Below are positions 1 to 13,400 of a stretch of 64,000 bases of DNA, piece by piece. Position 1 is the first letter of the stretch. Each line of letters begins with the position of its first letter. The position numbers and the translations under genes were made by a program. The DNA comes from Podarcis liolepis (taxonomy: Eukaryota), in the NCBI GenBank assembly GCA_965112155.1, contig OZ218102.1; one strand, 5' to 3'. The notes under the pieces were generated by a model, which saw nothing but the letters and a program-made list of their open reading frames with translations, was not told where the DNA came from and did no database searches.

Positions 1-2954
1 CCTCCAGTTGTATAAACTTAAATTTCCAGTATGCAACAGAATCCCTTTCAGAAAATAGTGTTGATTGAGAGGTGGCCTCCTTGTTGTTTTTGCTGCAAGA
101 AACTAGCCCAGATATCCCCCGGAAATAAATATGCCACTGAGCTACAGCCCTTTCCCAATCATAGGGACCATCTTCTTTCACTATTCTGAATGTGGCAACA
201 CTCTTGGTAGTCACCTGAGGTCCTTCTCTAGATCTCCTGCACCCTGACAATTTAGGCAAGTGGGTACACAGGACAGGGACTTTTCCAGCCATTGCCTCTG
301 GCCTTTTTTCACATCTGGCCTTCCAGCATTATGTCAAAACATTTTTGTTGTTGTTCAGGAAATTTTTCTTTTTGTCTGCTGCATTCTTTTGTCTTGCTTA
401 GCATTCTTTCTTTCCTTCTTCCTGCTGTTGATTTTATTTTTATGATTATTTTTATTGTGTTTCATTGTCTCATTGTTTTTACATCTGGTTTTGTGTATGT
501 GATTGTGTGAGCCTGTTTAGATAAATAAATAATGGGCCAAAACAGCCACTTACAAGCCTGATTTGTCCGTAGACTTTTCATATGCCCCTCTTAAGTATCT
601 GGAGCCAACCATAGGCTGTGTATTATGTTGCTGCTGCTTCAACGGCCCTTCCCTTCACACTTACCTGTGCTATTTTCAGCTGGGATTCAACCACATACCA
701 TCAAATCCAGGTTGCACAATTAAAGCCAATTGGGGGTCTTGTGCAACAAACATGCTTCACCGAAAGATGGGATGTCTTGTAATAAGGAAAGTGATGGGAA
801 AATGGACTGGAAAACGCATAGCAGCAACATCATTTTAGCTCCTTGCAAACAAATCAGAGTGAATCCTCTTTAAATAGCCAACATCATCTACCCTTCCTGC
901 AAACAAATCAAGATGGATGCTCAATAGACAGGATGTCTGGAAGCGCCAGCTAGAGGAATCAGGACTATAGTTGCCTCGTGAGAAAGAATGATGGGCAGAA
1001 GGACCATGGAGGCAGAAAATACTCTCCAGCCGTCTCCAACTTCTTCAAGAGAAGAGAAAGGCGGAGTCTCTGAAGCAGCCCCTGGCAGAGAACCCACCAA
1101 CTACTGTACACACAGCAAACTAAGCTGTGCATTTTATTGAACAATAAAACACTCACCAGGTCATTTACATTTTTATTGGCTGAAATTCCCATCCTTCCCT
1201 GCCCCCCATTCTGACACATGCAGACACTGTTCTTCCAGTGGTTTCAACAAACTGGTGCCAAAATCAGCCTAGTTCAGTTTACCCCTTCCACGCAAATTCC
1301 AGGGTTCCCCTTGCTCCCCCTAAGGCTGCTGCTGTGTACCTATTAGCCCACCCACCACCACCGGGTTCCTGTACGACTGAATGAACGGCATAAATTCTGT
1401 GAATGCTGCCTTGCCAGGCAAGAGAGATGTATCAATGGGGGAAGCTGACTCAGTTGAGTGCTATGCAGCTGTTGAAAGCACAGAGCCCTTAGTTGGCTGC
1501 TGTCACTCAACTCACACCAACCATTTCTCATAGGCCTCCTAACTTCAACCACTTGGTCGAGGCCGGTGAATGCTGAGTGAGCAGCAGGCAGCTGGGTCCT
1601 CGCGTATTGTAGTGTGCCTTATGGGAACTGAGCCTCAGACACTGGAGAGCTGTGATCTAACAAGCTGCTCAGATGTGATTTACGAGCAACCCTCTTTCAG
1701 AAGAGGAATAGTCTTAACGGGCTTTTAACAGTCTGTAACTGGGAGGCTGCATGGAGCTTGCATATACAACTGGCATGAAATATTCCATATAAAATCAGCC
1801 AGCAGCGGCTCCCTGGTGCAGGCATTTCCTACCCTGCTTTGACTCAACGACAACGTGACCTTTTCGCACTCCTGTAATTGGATTTTGAGGACAGCTTTTA
1901 CACATCAGCTCTGCCCACCGTCACTAATGTTATTGCAACCACCCTTAAAAGCTCCCTGCCCTAAGCCCTATTCAAAAATTTCTAAAAATAAACCCTTAAA
2001 AATAAGGACATTCCCAGCCGCCACAAATAAATCGGATTCAGTCTGACATGCATTTTCCCCTACAAGCTTCTTATTGCATTTTCCAGTTTGCACAGTCCAA
2101 GGTGAGCAAAGAATCAGTCAAACGAGGAACTGAGAGGGTTGATGAAACATATCTGCTGCTTCATCCTTTAAGTGAACGGCTGGGAGACTCTCTTCCTTAA
2201 ACAAAGTCTCTCTCCGCCCCCCTCACCCCAACTTGGCTTTCTTTCTTTTTTCTTTTCCCCTTTCTCTGGGATGTGGTTTGAGGGTGGGTGGGATGCAGGT
2301 TTATCCTCTTCTGGAAAGGATATTGGATGTATGCTTATTTTTTATTTATTGCATTTATATTTCACCTTTTCCTCCAAGGAACTCAAGGAGGCCTTCGTTA
2401 TTCTTCCCCCTCCCCATTTAATCACCACAACCGCCCTGTGAGATAGGTTAGGGCTGAAAGGCTAAAAGGGGATTCTATATTTATACTTGTTTTCACTCAG
2501 TTTGCCTGTTTGAGTTTGCCTGTCTTAGTCCACACCTTGCACTCTGCCAAAGTCCTGAACTTTTTTGAATCTGGGCTTATGTTCTCTCCAAGCTCAGCAT
2601 GGAAGATGCATCGGGGGCCACAGCAAAGATAACTCAGTAGAAGATGCAGTTGTGCCATGTGGATTTTAAAAGATAGCACAGCAGTGCCAATGGATTCTGG
2701 TACTGAGGAATTTGCTACCCAGTTGCCTGCTCTGCAGAAAGTGATATTTCCTTATCCATCAATGAACTGATATGCTTGGAGACACCCTGGTTTGCCTTTC
2801 CTGGCCTTGCTGTTCCTGTGCTTTTTCACTAATGGCCAAAGTAGGTGAGCTAGAAGTACCAGAAGGAAGAATTAGAAGTGGCATAAAGCTGAGCCAAATG
2901 TTGAAGGAAGAATATTAACCCCATTTTCCAACCTGTAAACCTCAAAAGCCATTT

Positions 2955-3205
2955 CTGTGGTGGCTCCCAGCTTGTGAAATGCTCTCCTCAGGGAGTCTCG
3001 TCTGGTACCTTCCTTACATATCTTTGGACGCCAGGCAGAAACATTCCTCTTCTCCCAGGCCTTTGGCTAATTAAACCATATATGACCTTTTAAACTGTGG
3101 TGTGGGGTACTGTTTTTGTTTGTTACTATGTTATGTATTTTTGTGTTTTTATATTGTAAACTGCCCTGTGATCCTTGGTTGAAGGGTGGTATAGGAATTT
3201 ACTAA
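2955..3205 (+). mobile_element. L2-type LINE 3' remnant
   Basis: GTGGCTCCCAGCTTGTGAAATGCTCTCC...GTAAACTGCCCTG...GGGTGGTATAGGAA, a typical squamate L2 3' end. A similar copy lies at about 7480-7900. Confidence 0.55.
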
Positions 3206-4280
3206 ATAATTTACATGACCAGTAACATTAGTTTAGGAACAAAATGGATAAGGATTATTAGTATGCAAATTTGGTCTGATTTTTTAATTACCAGGAGCCA
3301 ACATAAAGCAAATAAAGCTACTAGGAGCCATCTTAATTTCTGCTGGCTGAGCATTGACTGAGCCAGAGTGAGGGGGATTTACACTGCTGTATCTACAACT
3401 TGGTCGGGGTGAGAGACTTCTACCAGCATAGCCCCAGCTGAGCCCTGGCTCAGAGGGGTGGGGTGGGGGTGAGGGGGTGGGAAACAAGACCGACCAAATC
3501 CAAACTGTCATCCCAACACATCTTGGGTTTGGGCTGTGCTGTTATTATCCTCAGTACTCAACAGATACACCGTCCTTTGTATAGGAATGAAATCAGCTTT
3601 ATTTATTTTTTTACAACTGCTGAATGAGCTAAAGAAAGAGCCACAGTAATGAATCAAAGCATGGGCTTCTTCTCCCAACACAGCTCGGTTTAAGAAGCAG
3701 CTTCTTGGTCTGTAACTCCAGAGAAAGCAAGATCCTCCAAAATGCAAGGAGAGATCATCTTCGGGGGCCTAGGCAGGCTTGGGCATGTGCAACTGCTGCT
3801 TATCCCAAAGCCTTTAAAAGGCTGTGCCTTACGAAAGAGCTCATCTCACTTAACTCATCATATTGTACATTTCTAACATTTTCTAGAAGACTGCAGTGGC
3901 CCGAAATGTTTGGTGGTTACGCTGAATAATTCTGCAGTTTGTGATCTCCATCCAGATCCAGACAAGAGAAAGGCCACTTGGTGTCATCTCCCAGGAAGGG
4001 ATTTCCCATGTCATTGACTGTCCCTTCCCCAATGAGGTGTTAGGAAATGTCCAAATTGGAATGCTGTCAATGAATTTCAGAAAACTTGAGAGTGGTTTTT
4101 CCGGAACTGATATCCTTCCAATTAGCATGAAGAACCGGCTAAGCATTTGGGCCGGGCTAGATATGCCTCAGTGTTCATTGAGTGGCTGTTCATGAGAAAC
4201 TTGCGGGCTGCCTTAGGAGACCAAGGTACCATGTTACAAACAGACACATAAACACATTGTATGAGCTGAAGAGTCTCTAG

Positions 4281-4550
4281 CAGGGGTTGGCAAGGTTTAC
4301 CTCACCTGGGCCGGTTCACTCCAGTGGAGATCCCTCCGGCGTCTGTGCAGACACAATTTACAGTGTCTGCACATGCACATATGCGATTTTTGGCGCTGCG
4401 GAAGCGAGTCCCCATGCCATGCTGCACCGTTTTAGCGCAGCACATGGGAACTCGCCGAGCGAGTGGCTCAGTTCAGGGGCAGCTCATGGGCCAGTTAAAT
4501 GACCCCTGTGGGCCGCTTGTGGCCCATGGGCCTTAGGTTGCCTACCCCTG
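4281..4550. mobile_element. Non-autonomous hAT element
   Basis: TIRs CAGGGGT(T/A)GGCAA; 8-bp TSD GTCTCTAG / GTCTATAG. Confidence 0.8.
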
Positions 4551-4770
4551 GTCTATAGCAGCAGAAACCCTCAGGCTTATACAGGTTTTTCTTTCTTTAG
4601 TGTTAAAATTGAACTGTCCTGGGTCCAGCAGTCATAACCCCAGAGCAATGGGACAGTGGGAATAGCCTTGCCACGTTGCACATGTACCGTAAGTTGTTTT
4701 TAATGTTTTTAACACTGTGTTTTAATAGTTGTAATCTGCCATGGGACCTAAGGATGAAGGGCAGGCAGAT

Positions 4771-4780
4771 AATGATGGTA

Positions 4781-4813
<33 letters not shown>
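4771..4813. repeat. (ATG)n microsatellite
   Basis: Run of GAT units. Confidence 0.9.
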
Positions 4814-5643
4814 CAATGGGTTTACATATTTTCCCTGTCTTGTTAGTATTGCTAAGGAAAAGAGTATGATCCACTGACTTTTGTTGCTGCTGCTGTTCAG
4901 ATGAGTGTATCCATAGGAATAATACAACAAGTAATGTTTAGCTCCTTTAAAAAGGTCAGTTCTTTTCATTAAAAAAATCAATGCAGAAAGTTATGACATA
5001 GAGTCTGTGTGTGCATGTGTGTGTGCATGCATGATTGTGTGTGTATGTGTTGCTCATTATCTGTGATAAAACAAAAATGAATAAATAGGTGATCCTGATA
5101 TGTGACTATAGTTCACACTGCATAAACTATTGCAATAAGTGGACTCATTTAGGAAATCAGTTGTCTAATTCGGCATTGGGGAAATGAGATTTCTCTGCAA
5201 AAGAAAGCAGTTGAGCAAAACAACTGAGTTGGCTTGGAAATGGTTCTTAATCTTCTTACTGGTGCCAGGATCTGGATAGCATGAAACTGGGGGAGTGGGC
5301 TTAGTAGAATATGGAACATAGTAATATTGCCTAAATTAAAATAGTACAGAAGAATGAGTGATAACAAGCAACTGAATAAGTTTGTGGAAAGGCGGATTTT
5401 ATCTGTGATGTTTTGGAATAAAAATTTTCAGGACCATCTTCAATCTTGTCACTCCTTTGCTTTATTTTAATCACAAACATAGATAACTTCTGCATAAATA
5501 CAGACGTGTACGATTCCTTTTTAAAATAACAATGCAGAATGTTATGGTGCAGACTGCATGTGAATTCTTCATTATCTGTAATGATAACGCAAAAACTGGT
5601 CAGCAGATGAGCATGACATGTGACTACACTTCAAACTAAACTA

Positions 5644-5885
5644 CAGTGGTACCTCAGGTTACATACGCTTTAGGTTACATACGCCTCAGATTACAGACTC
5701 CGCTAACCCAGAAATAGTACCTCGATTTAAGAACTTTGCTTCAGGATGAGAGCAGAAATCGTGCTCCGGTGGCGCGGCAACAGCAGGAGGCCCCATTAGC
5801 TAAAGCGGTGCTTCAGGTTAAGAACAGTTTCAGGTTAAGAACGGACCTCCAGAACGAATTAAGTACTTAACCCGAGGTACCACTG
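5644..5885. mobile_element. Tc1/mariner(pogo)-type MITE
   Basis: 18-bp TIRs CAGTGGTACCTC(A/G)GGTTA (17/18 match); TA target duplication at 5642-5643 and 5886-5887. Confidence 0.88.
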
Positions 5886-7148
5886 TACTGTAATAAGTGG
5901 GCTGGTTTGGAAAATCAGGTTTCTAGCTCCGTATTGGGAGGAATCAGATTTCACTGTAAAAGGTACCAGTGGGTACGTTTTCCTCTTCTGCAATAACTAG
6001 GACAGAGTGAGGCTGCAGGTGATGTGAGGTAGGAAGTAGTGGCAGGAAGGTGTCGGGGGAATCAGCTGGTGTGTGCCTTGCGATCTGCTCTGTCTCAAAG
6101 AATTCTGGGCATTGTAGTTTGTTAAAGGCTGCTGGGATTGTAACTCTGTGAGGGGTAAACTACAGCTCAGAATTCGTTGCAGGTGGGGAATGTGTTCTAA
6201 GGGCATATATTTTTATTTATTAGTGCTACATCCCACCTTTCTCTTCCAAGGATTTCAAGGTGGTTCTACCTGGTTCTCCTCCACCCCATTTCATCCTCCC
6301 AACCTGTGAGGCAGGTTAGCCTAAAGGATGGGGATTAGACCAAGGTCACCCAGTCCCAGGTCACTCTCCCAGGTCATAGTCCAATGCTCTGACCATTATG
6401 CCACACTGTCTGTCCCCCTCGAGATCCTGCGGTCGGTCCACATGACCAGTGTCCTCTGCGGAGGTGGCTGGACTGCCTGGCAGCGAAGGCGCCCACCCGA
6501 GGGCCTCCCTGGGCTTCGCAGCTGCTGCTGCTGCTGCCCCCCGTGGGCGCGTCCGCCCGGACGCTCCGTCCACATTCCCTCGTGAGTTTCCCACATAAAT
6601 CAGCGCGGGCGGAGCGCCGGGAAGGGCACTTTCTCATCGGGCGCTGCTGACAGGCAACGACAAACAGACCGGCCTGAGAATAACCACGGCCCGGGCCGAG
6701 TTTACACAAGGGCAGGCGCTGTGTAAATATGGAGCAGGGATGGGAGGGAGGGAGGGCGAGCCAGCGCCGCCGCCCGCTCCAGGCGAGGTCCTTAGACCCA
6801 CTGGACGGGATGGGGGGAAAGAGGGGGCACGGGAAGGGAGGGGACGCTCCAATTTATCTCCTCGGGGGCCAGGGAGAGACAATGCCCCGACGGCTGTGGC
6901 CACGGAAGTGCAATGCATTAAAATCCAATGGGGCTCACTTGCTTCAGGCCGTGGGGACACGATCCAGCCCAAAGCAAAGGGCTTCAATCCGGCCTGGTTC
7001 ATGGTCAGGGGTGATGAGAGTTGTGACTCTCCAGACGTTGCTGGACTCCAAGGCTGCCAAGCCACTTCTGCGCTTTAAGGGTGCCATCTTGTGCACGTTT
7101 ACCTAGGAGTAAGCCCCTCTGAACTGAAGGTCCGGTGAGGTGGTAGAC

Positions 7149-7284
7149 CAGGCATAGGCAAACTCGGTCCTCCACATGTTTTGGGACTACAAGACCCACT
7201 ATCCCTGACCACTGGTTCTGTTAGCTAGGGATCATGGGAGTTGTAGTTCCAAAACATCTGGAGGGCCGAGTTTGCCTATGCCTG
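7149..7284. mobile_element. Palindromic hAT-type MITE
   Basis: Long TIRs CAGGCATAGGCAAACTCGG...CCGAGTTTGCCTATGCCTG; 8-bp flanks TGGTAGAC / TCATAGAC. Degenerate relatives lie near 32250-32484, 42910-43031 and 56735-56862. Confidence 0.8.
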
Positions 7285-7292
7285 TCATAGAC

Positions 7293-7439
7293 TTCTTCTT
7301 TGGAGGTTTTTGAATGCAGGTTGGGGGGCCATCTGTCATGGATGCTTTTACTTGAGATTCCTGCATTGCAAAGGGTTGGACTAGATGATCCTGGGGGTCC
7401 CTTCCAACTCTGCAGTTCTGTGATGCTATGATTCTATGA
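7293..7439 (+). mobile_element. CR1 LINE 3' end fragment
   Basis: GGTTGGACTAGATGA...CCCTTCCAACTC...(ATTCTRTG)-type tail. Confidence 0.75.
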
Positions 7440-10400
7440 GCTGTGGAATGCCCTCAGGCAACAACAGGTGGAAGCGCGCCTTGTTGGTGGTGGCCCCTGC
7501 CCTCTGGAGCGCCCCCGCGCTCCTCGACGGGGAGACCGCTGGGTGCTTCCGAAGTCCATGAAACACCTCCTCTCTGATTCTACAGCCCTCTGCTAATGTT
7601 GGTATACGTTGTTGTTGTTGAATAGCCGGATTATTCTCCCTCGGTATAACAGGGTCCTTGTTTTGTAACCTTGCCTTATCTAACGATTATGTTTTAGTCG
7701 CTACTTTCCACGCAGCCACATACCCGTGGTTTATTTAATGTTGGTTTTGTTTCATGCCTGCTGTTGCTGTTATTGTTATTATTATTATTATTAAAAATGA
7801 AATGGTTTAAATGTTTCGATGTGCTTTTATTTCTGCCTTCGTAAACCGCTTCTAGATTTATTTGTAATGGTAAGCGGTATATAAAATATAAATAAATAAA
7901 TTGACTGTCTACAACCTACTTTTGAGTAAACGCGCGTCGGTTCCCGCTTTCAGGGGCAAAGGCTTTTAAGTATCTGCTTAATTTCCCCACTGAAATCAAT
8001 GGAAATTCAAAACTCTTCCCTTTGGCCAATGTCTTGCCAACCCGCTGAGTGAATTTTAGTGGAGAACAGTTAAGCCAGTATCAAACCGGGGGCTACGCCT
8101 GTGTTTCAATCCGCGCCGCCTGCCTTAACTGCTCCAGGGATGCCCGCTAGCAATTCCTCGGACCTCACGTGGAAGTCTTTTAAATGCGAGGAGAGAGCAG
8201 ACTAAGCCAAACGAAATTCGTCAAAGGAAGTGCTGCCCTAGTCGCTTTTTAAAAACTAACCAAAGGAACCAGCTCTGCTCTGGGTTCCAAGGTGAACAAT
8301 GCCAGCTGCGAAATCGAGAAGCTAAAGCCCATTAGTCAACCGCTGTCCCGAAAATACAGATACCTGTAATTCAAAAATGGTTCTCTTTTGCCTTCTAGCT
8401 TGCGTGAACAACATTCACACGTGTACGCACACCGTCCGAGAGCGAAGGAGAAAGAGATGGGTGTCCTTTTCCCATACGAATCTAGTTGCTTCCAAACCAA
8501 ATCTTCCCGTACCTATTTGCTTGCATGGGAAAAAGAGTTTAGGTTCGGGTTATAAAAAGTCAAAGGGTCCTGATAAAGCAGCGACCCGATCTAATCGGTG
8601 TTAAGCATGGTGAAGTCTCATTGTTTTCAATGGGCAATCTTTAAACCTCCTTAAACTGTCGCTTTTGAATCAGTAGGACAAGAAAGCGCTTAATTTTCTC
8701 TCTTCTGGATCGCGCGGATTGTATCGCTCTGACGATTTCTGTGCCTTAGTTTATTAATTACTTCCGCCTTTCCATACCATGTCTGAAGGGGGTTTGCAAT
8801 GAATGTCAGTGGCGCAAATACTAACCAATAAAATAATAATAATAAAACTAATAAGGTTCGTGGACCAGATTTGGAAGGGGGAAGGAGCTGGAAGATGGTG
8901 CGGTCTCTGAAGGTGCGCGTGGCTGCATTAGATATGTGGGGCTGTGGGCGCAGAGGTCCTGGGATTGTTGGTGGGCGGGGGGCGCTCAGTCTTCCAAAGG
9001 GCGCACATTTCAGAATTCAGATGACTTGACAGGGCTAAGTCACCTGAACAACTTTTCCCGACCCTGCGTTACTCACAGTTTGCGCGCCTTAGACAGCAGT
9101 CCCACGCATACTGACCCAGGGCGAGACTCGAGTCAACACCGAACACCGTGGGACTTTCTTTCGAGAAAGCATAACATAGGATTGCAGGCACAGAATTAAT
9201 TTCCCCGCCCTTCCAATTAGGAGGGAAGTTCGAATTCTCGCTGAAGATTTTTGTGAATGGGTAGCAGTTATTTTTAATTAAGTACCTCTAGGGCTGCAAC
9301 GGTAGTCCGGCAAATTAATCCACTGAAAATGTTTTGATGAACTAAAAAGATGCCTCGGAATAATCGGTCAACGTCGTGTTTGTTTTAATATATTATTACC
9401 ATAAAACTGCAGGAGGCAAGCGCTATTTTTAAAAAGGCGCTGCCTCCTGAGTGTCAACGAATAAAGGGGTGCCTCTTCTTAGGGGAGAGGTCTGCTCAAC
9501 ACACGTTGGCACATCTAAACAGAAATATAACATATATGTATACATTATATAATGGAAACATATGACCAGTCGAAAAAACGCCCTCAGTTTCAAGGGAACT
9601 TTCGGCTTCCAAGAACCCCTGCTTAAGATCTACCTTGCCGTCTGCTGGAGAGAAATCGGGGCGACCCTCTGTGCAGCCCTCCAAGATCGGCTGTTCTCCC
9701 CAGATTGTTAGACGGGGAGGGCCGAAAGAATCCTGGCTTTTCTAAGGCCACCTAGAGAGATGCCTAGTCTCGCGTTCCTGGCTTCCACGTTTACAGACCC
9801 GCGGAAGCTTCCCAAAGCTGATCAAAGGCGCCGAGCTCGCTAAAATGGGGCGACTTGGATGTTGTTTGTTTATTTGCTTGTTTGTTTCGGGGCCATTAGC
9901 AGCCGGACGTGTCGGCTCTGCCGGGTCTTCTCCCCGGCCTGCGGGGCTGATGGAGCCATTAGAGGCCACGAGGGTGGGGGATCCCTTCTGCGGCGACAGG
10001 GCTTCCTGCTCCGGCCGCGGCTCCAGCCGACATCCCCCTCGCTTGGGCGGACTCCGGCTCCATCCATTACCTTAATCCCTTGTCTAAACAGTGCGCAGCG
10101 CGGCTGGGACAACGAGGCAGCGCTCAAACCAGGAGCGGGCAGCGAAAAAAAGCTAATGGGCTCGAGACAATAACCATTAAGAGCAGCGCCCTCCGTGTGC
10201 CCCCCCCCCCAAAAAAACCCCGACCCACACCCAGCGCGAGCAGGCGCGCAAAGAGGGAGGCTTGGAGACAAGGGGAGCGTGGCTTCTCCCACACCCCTCT
10301 CCGTGCAGCCTCAAGAGTTCCGCAAAATGGTAGGGTTTTGTTTTTGAAGAAAATAAATTTTAAAAGTAGTACGGTTTGAAGGTTTGAAATCCGAGGTGGG

Positions 10401-13400
10401 AGAAAGTCAGCGACGCGCATAGATGGGATCCAACAACAAACTCTCCAAGTCCTGGCGAAGAAAACAGAGAGCCTCGTGGCGCAGTTTGGTGCCATTCAAA
10501 CCAGTGAGTCAAGCAGCCGTATTTGAAAAGATGCAACCGACGTGCGCAAGAAGGTCAGAGATAGCCGGTGGGATTCAGTTTCTTTTTATTTAAAAATAAA
10601 ATATAATTATTAGAATCTCATATATATGTTTTCCTGCAACTCAAAATGCGAACGTTAATGTCATCTGACTCTCCAAAGATGTTCAGAATTTCGAAACAGC
10701 ATTAAGCTTCTAATGCTAGCGTCCTAAGCGGGCCTACAAGGGAGTCGAGGTAATGAGTCCTAATGCAAACTTCGGCTTCCTTTGGGACTTCCTTCGAGTA
10801 TGATCTGGGTCAGGGCGCAAAACAGAAGGGAAGATATTACGCAGGCCGTTCAAGTCAGTGCAAATAATAACAGCAACGTTTACACAGCACTTTTAAAGCG
10901 CGATCCTACGCATGTTTGCTACATAAAAGTGATTGCGCTTTATCATTGAAGTACGCTTCCGTGGCTCTTACTCCCTAGCTCTTTAACATGCATTGATCCT
11001 TACTGACAGCTCGATATTATTGTCCCCATTTTGCAGATGCGAGACTGACGCTGGGAGAGGGCAGCTTGCAAAAAGCCACACAGTTTCTAGCATAGGTGAG
11101 AGATGTGCACCAGCGACTTACCTCTTCAACAAATACCAGGCGCGCGTGATCAGAGCTCTGTATTCTTTCAATATCTGCTTTGTGTGAGAGAGTTTTCGCA
11201 AAAAGCCCGAGGTGCTCGCCTTGTTTCTCGCTCATTTATCCCTTCAAAACATTTATCCAGGCCTGCACGAAACAGCAGGAGGAGCCCAGCGCAGGGCCTA
11301 GCGCGCAAAGAACACCATCTGAAGGGCCAGGATAGCTCCCCGGGCCTGTGGAAAGAGAAACTTTGCCAGGAAGAAGAAGAAGAAGCTCTTCTCAAAGTTG
11401 AAGAAAGTGGTTACAGTCGAGCCTTGGTTTGGAAAGAGCCTGGAGGTGCCGAGGAGAAGGGTAAGCCGAGGAGAAGGAAAGGGGGTCCGGGGGCGCAACG
11501 AGCCTTGCAGAGAAGGGCTGGGCGCAGCTGAGCAAACTCCAGCCCAAACCACCCGAGCAGGGTGCTGTCCTTTCTGCGGCCTGGGCTTACTCTCTGCAGT
11601 CCTCGACGGAAACCATCCAAGCTTCCAATAATCCCCCGCCCCCGTCTCCAGATTCTCCCAGGCGAGTACTTTCAAAATATCTCCTCTGCACGTCTCCTCG
11701 CTGCGGTCGACGGCGCGGTTACAAAGGACGTTTGCCGGGCCAGGGCGGTTGTTTTGTTGTTGCCGTCGTTGCTCTCCAAAGGTAATGCAGGATTTCTGCT
11801 GCAGGCTGCCCGTAGGCAAGCCCCAAGGGGCCCGGCGGGAGAACGCGCCCTGCCCGCGCGAGTCTCTGCCCAGACGCCTTGGAGCGCGCAAATCCTCCTG
11901 CCCAGATGCCGGCCTTTCCCACTGCGTTATGCTGGCCTGGCCCGGCGGAGCTGAACAATCCAGCTGTTCCAGCATCAGCTCAAGAAACCTTTTCCCCAAC
12001 TGTGTGTGTGGGGGGGGGCGGCAGTCAGAGACAACAAGCCCACCATAACGGGGTCCCTTCGGTTGGGAAAGACCCACTGGCCAGACCTTGTTTCCCCATC
12101 CCATTGTGGGCTGCTTGGCTTGGACGCCTTCCTCCACCCTGTCCCCAGACCCTGGCAAATGAGGACCAGGCAGCCCTGAGCAAGACGGCCTCCCTCAGCA
12201 AGCAGGAGGAAGGCTGCCGGGAGTAAAACCAGCGGGATCTGGGCTGGAGTAGGTTAGTCTTGGCCGAGGACGGAACCAGGAGAGGCCAAACCGCGAGGAT
12301 AAAGTGCACATTTTAGGTCTCCCCAGGAGATGCTATCTGGATGGATATACTCCAGTGAAAGAGAAACAACAAAGAAACTCGCGGCACCGGATTAAAGGCT
12401 AACACATTTATTGAAGTCTAAATCTCCTTGGGCCAGAACCCACTTCCTTAGATGCACAAAGTGGTTTCCTAAGTGGATAAGTATATATAGGCTGAACGCA
12501 GAGAAAGGCGCGGGGGCGGGGAGAAATTGTCGCGGGGAGTTGAGCTTAGATTTTTTGGAAAGGGAGACCAGAAGATCAAGCAAGAAGCATTGGTAAGTGG
12601 GTCACGGTCCTATCCAGAATACAGATGACTGCCGCGTGCCAGCCCGTATTAACTCGGACAACGCTCTTCGGGGACCAAACAACATTAGCCGTGCCCGCTA
12701 TGGATCCTTGCTCTGCGCCTCCTTCTAACGCGATGCCTTCTGTCGTCTGCCAACAATGCCCCGCTGCTATTGGCTTGAGCCAGACGGGTCAGTCTCCGCT
12801 CAAGAGAACAAACGGACCCAATCCAGATAGTAAAAAAGAGGAACATCCTCAAACCAGGGAGAGCGTTTAAATCCCCATCAAAATGCTGCGGAAAACCTCA
12901 AGGATCTCCACATACTGACGAGGACGCTTCAAATGTTGATCCCGGCATAAAGCTGCAATAATCGAAATTAATTAGCTAATTTGACGCTGTGGACCATCTC
13001 GGAAGTGGTCAGTTGGCTTCAGAAGTTAATTGGATGCTCTGAATGAGGTGTCAATTGATAGCGTAAAATCATTTTACACCATCGATCTCCAAATGACTAT
13101 TCATCACCAGGCACAGTCAAGCTGGTTGGATAGTGTATTTATTTGACCAAGTCCTGATGCCCAGAGACGGCTAACCTTCTCCGGCCCGCGGGCCGCATTG
13201 ACGACCAGGCCTCCCTCCGAAGGCTACATGCCAACGATGTACGGTATTCGCTGTGCTTGTTTTGACACATCTGCTGTTTTGCATTGTCAAGTCTTTTGTT
13301 GTGTGCCTGTAGGTTAATAAAAAAAAAACCCCACAGCATTTATTTATTTTTGTATACACACACACACACACGCACCGCTATCGGCTTAGGTGACCCGCTT

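Noticed and set aside
1020-1060. Minus-strand peptide LKKLETAGE resembling a human NKX2-3 linker segment
   Set aside because: Too short, wrong strand and no other homology; treated as coincidence.
11298-12158. 286-aa minus-strand ORF and overlapping ORFs upstream of NKX2-3
   Set aside because: GC-rich island with several overlapping open frames, no recognisable domain and no splice structure; probably chance.
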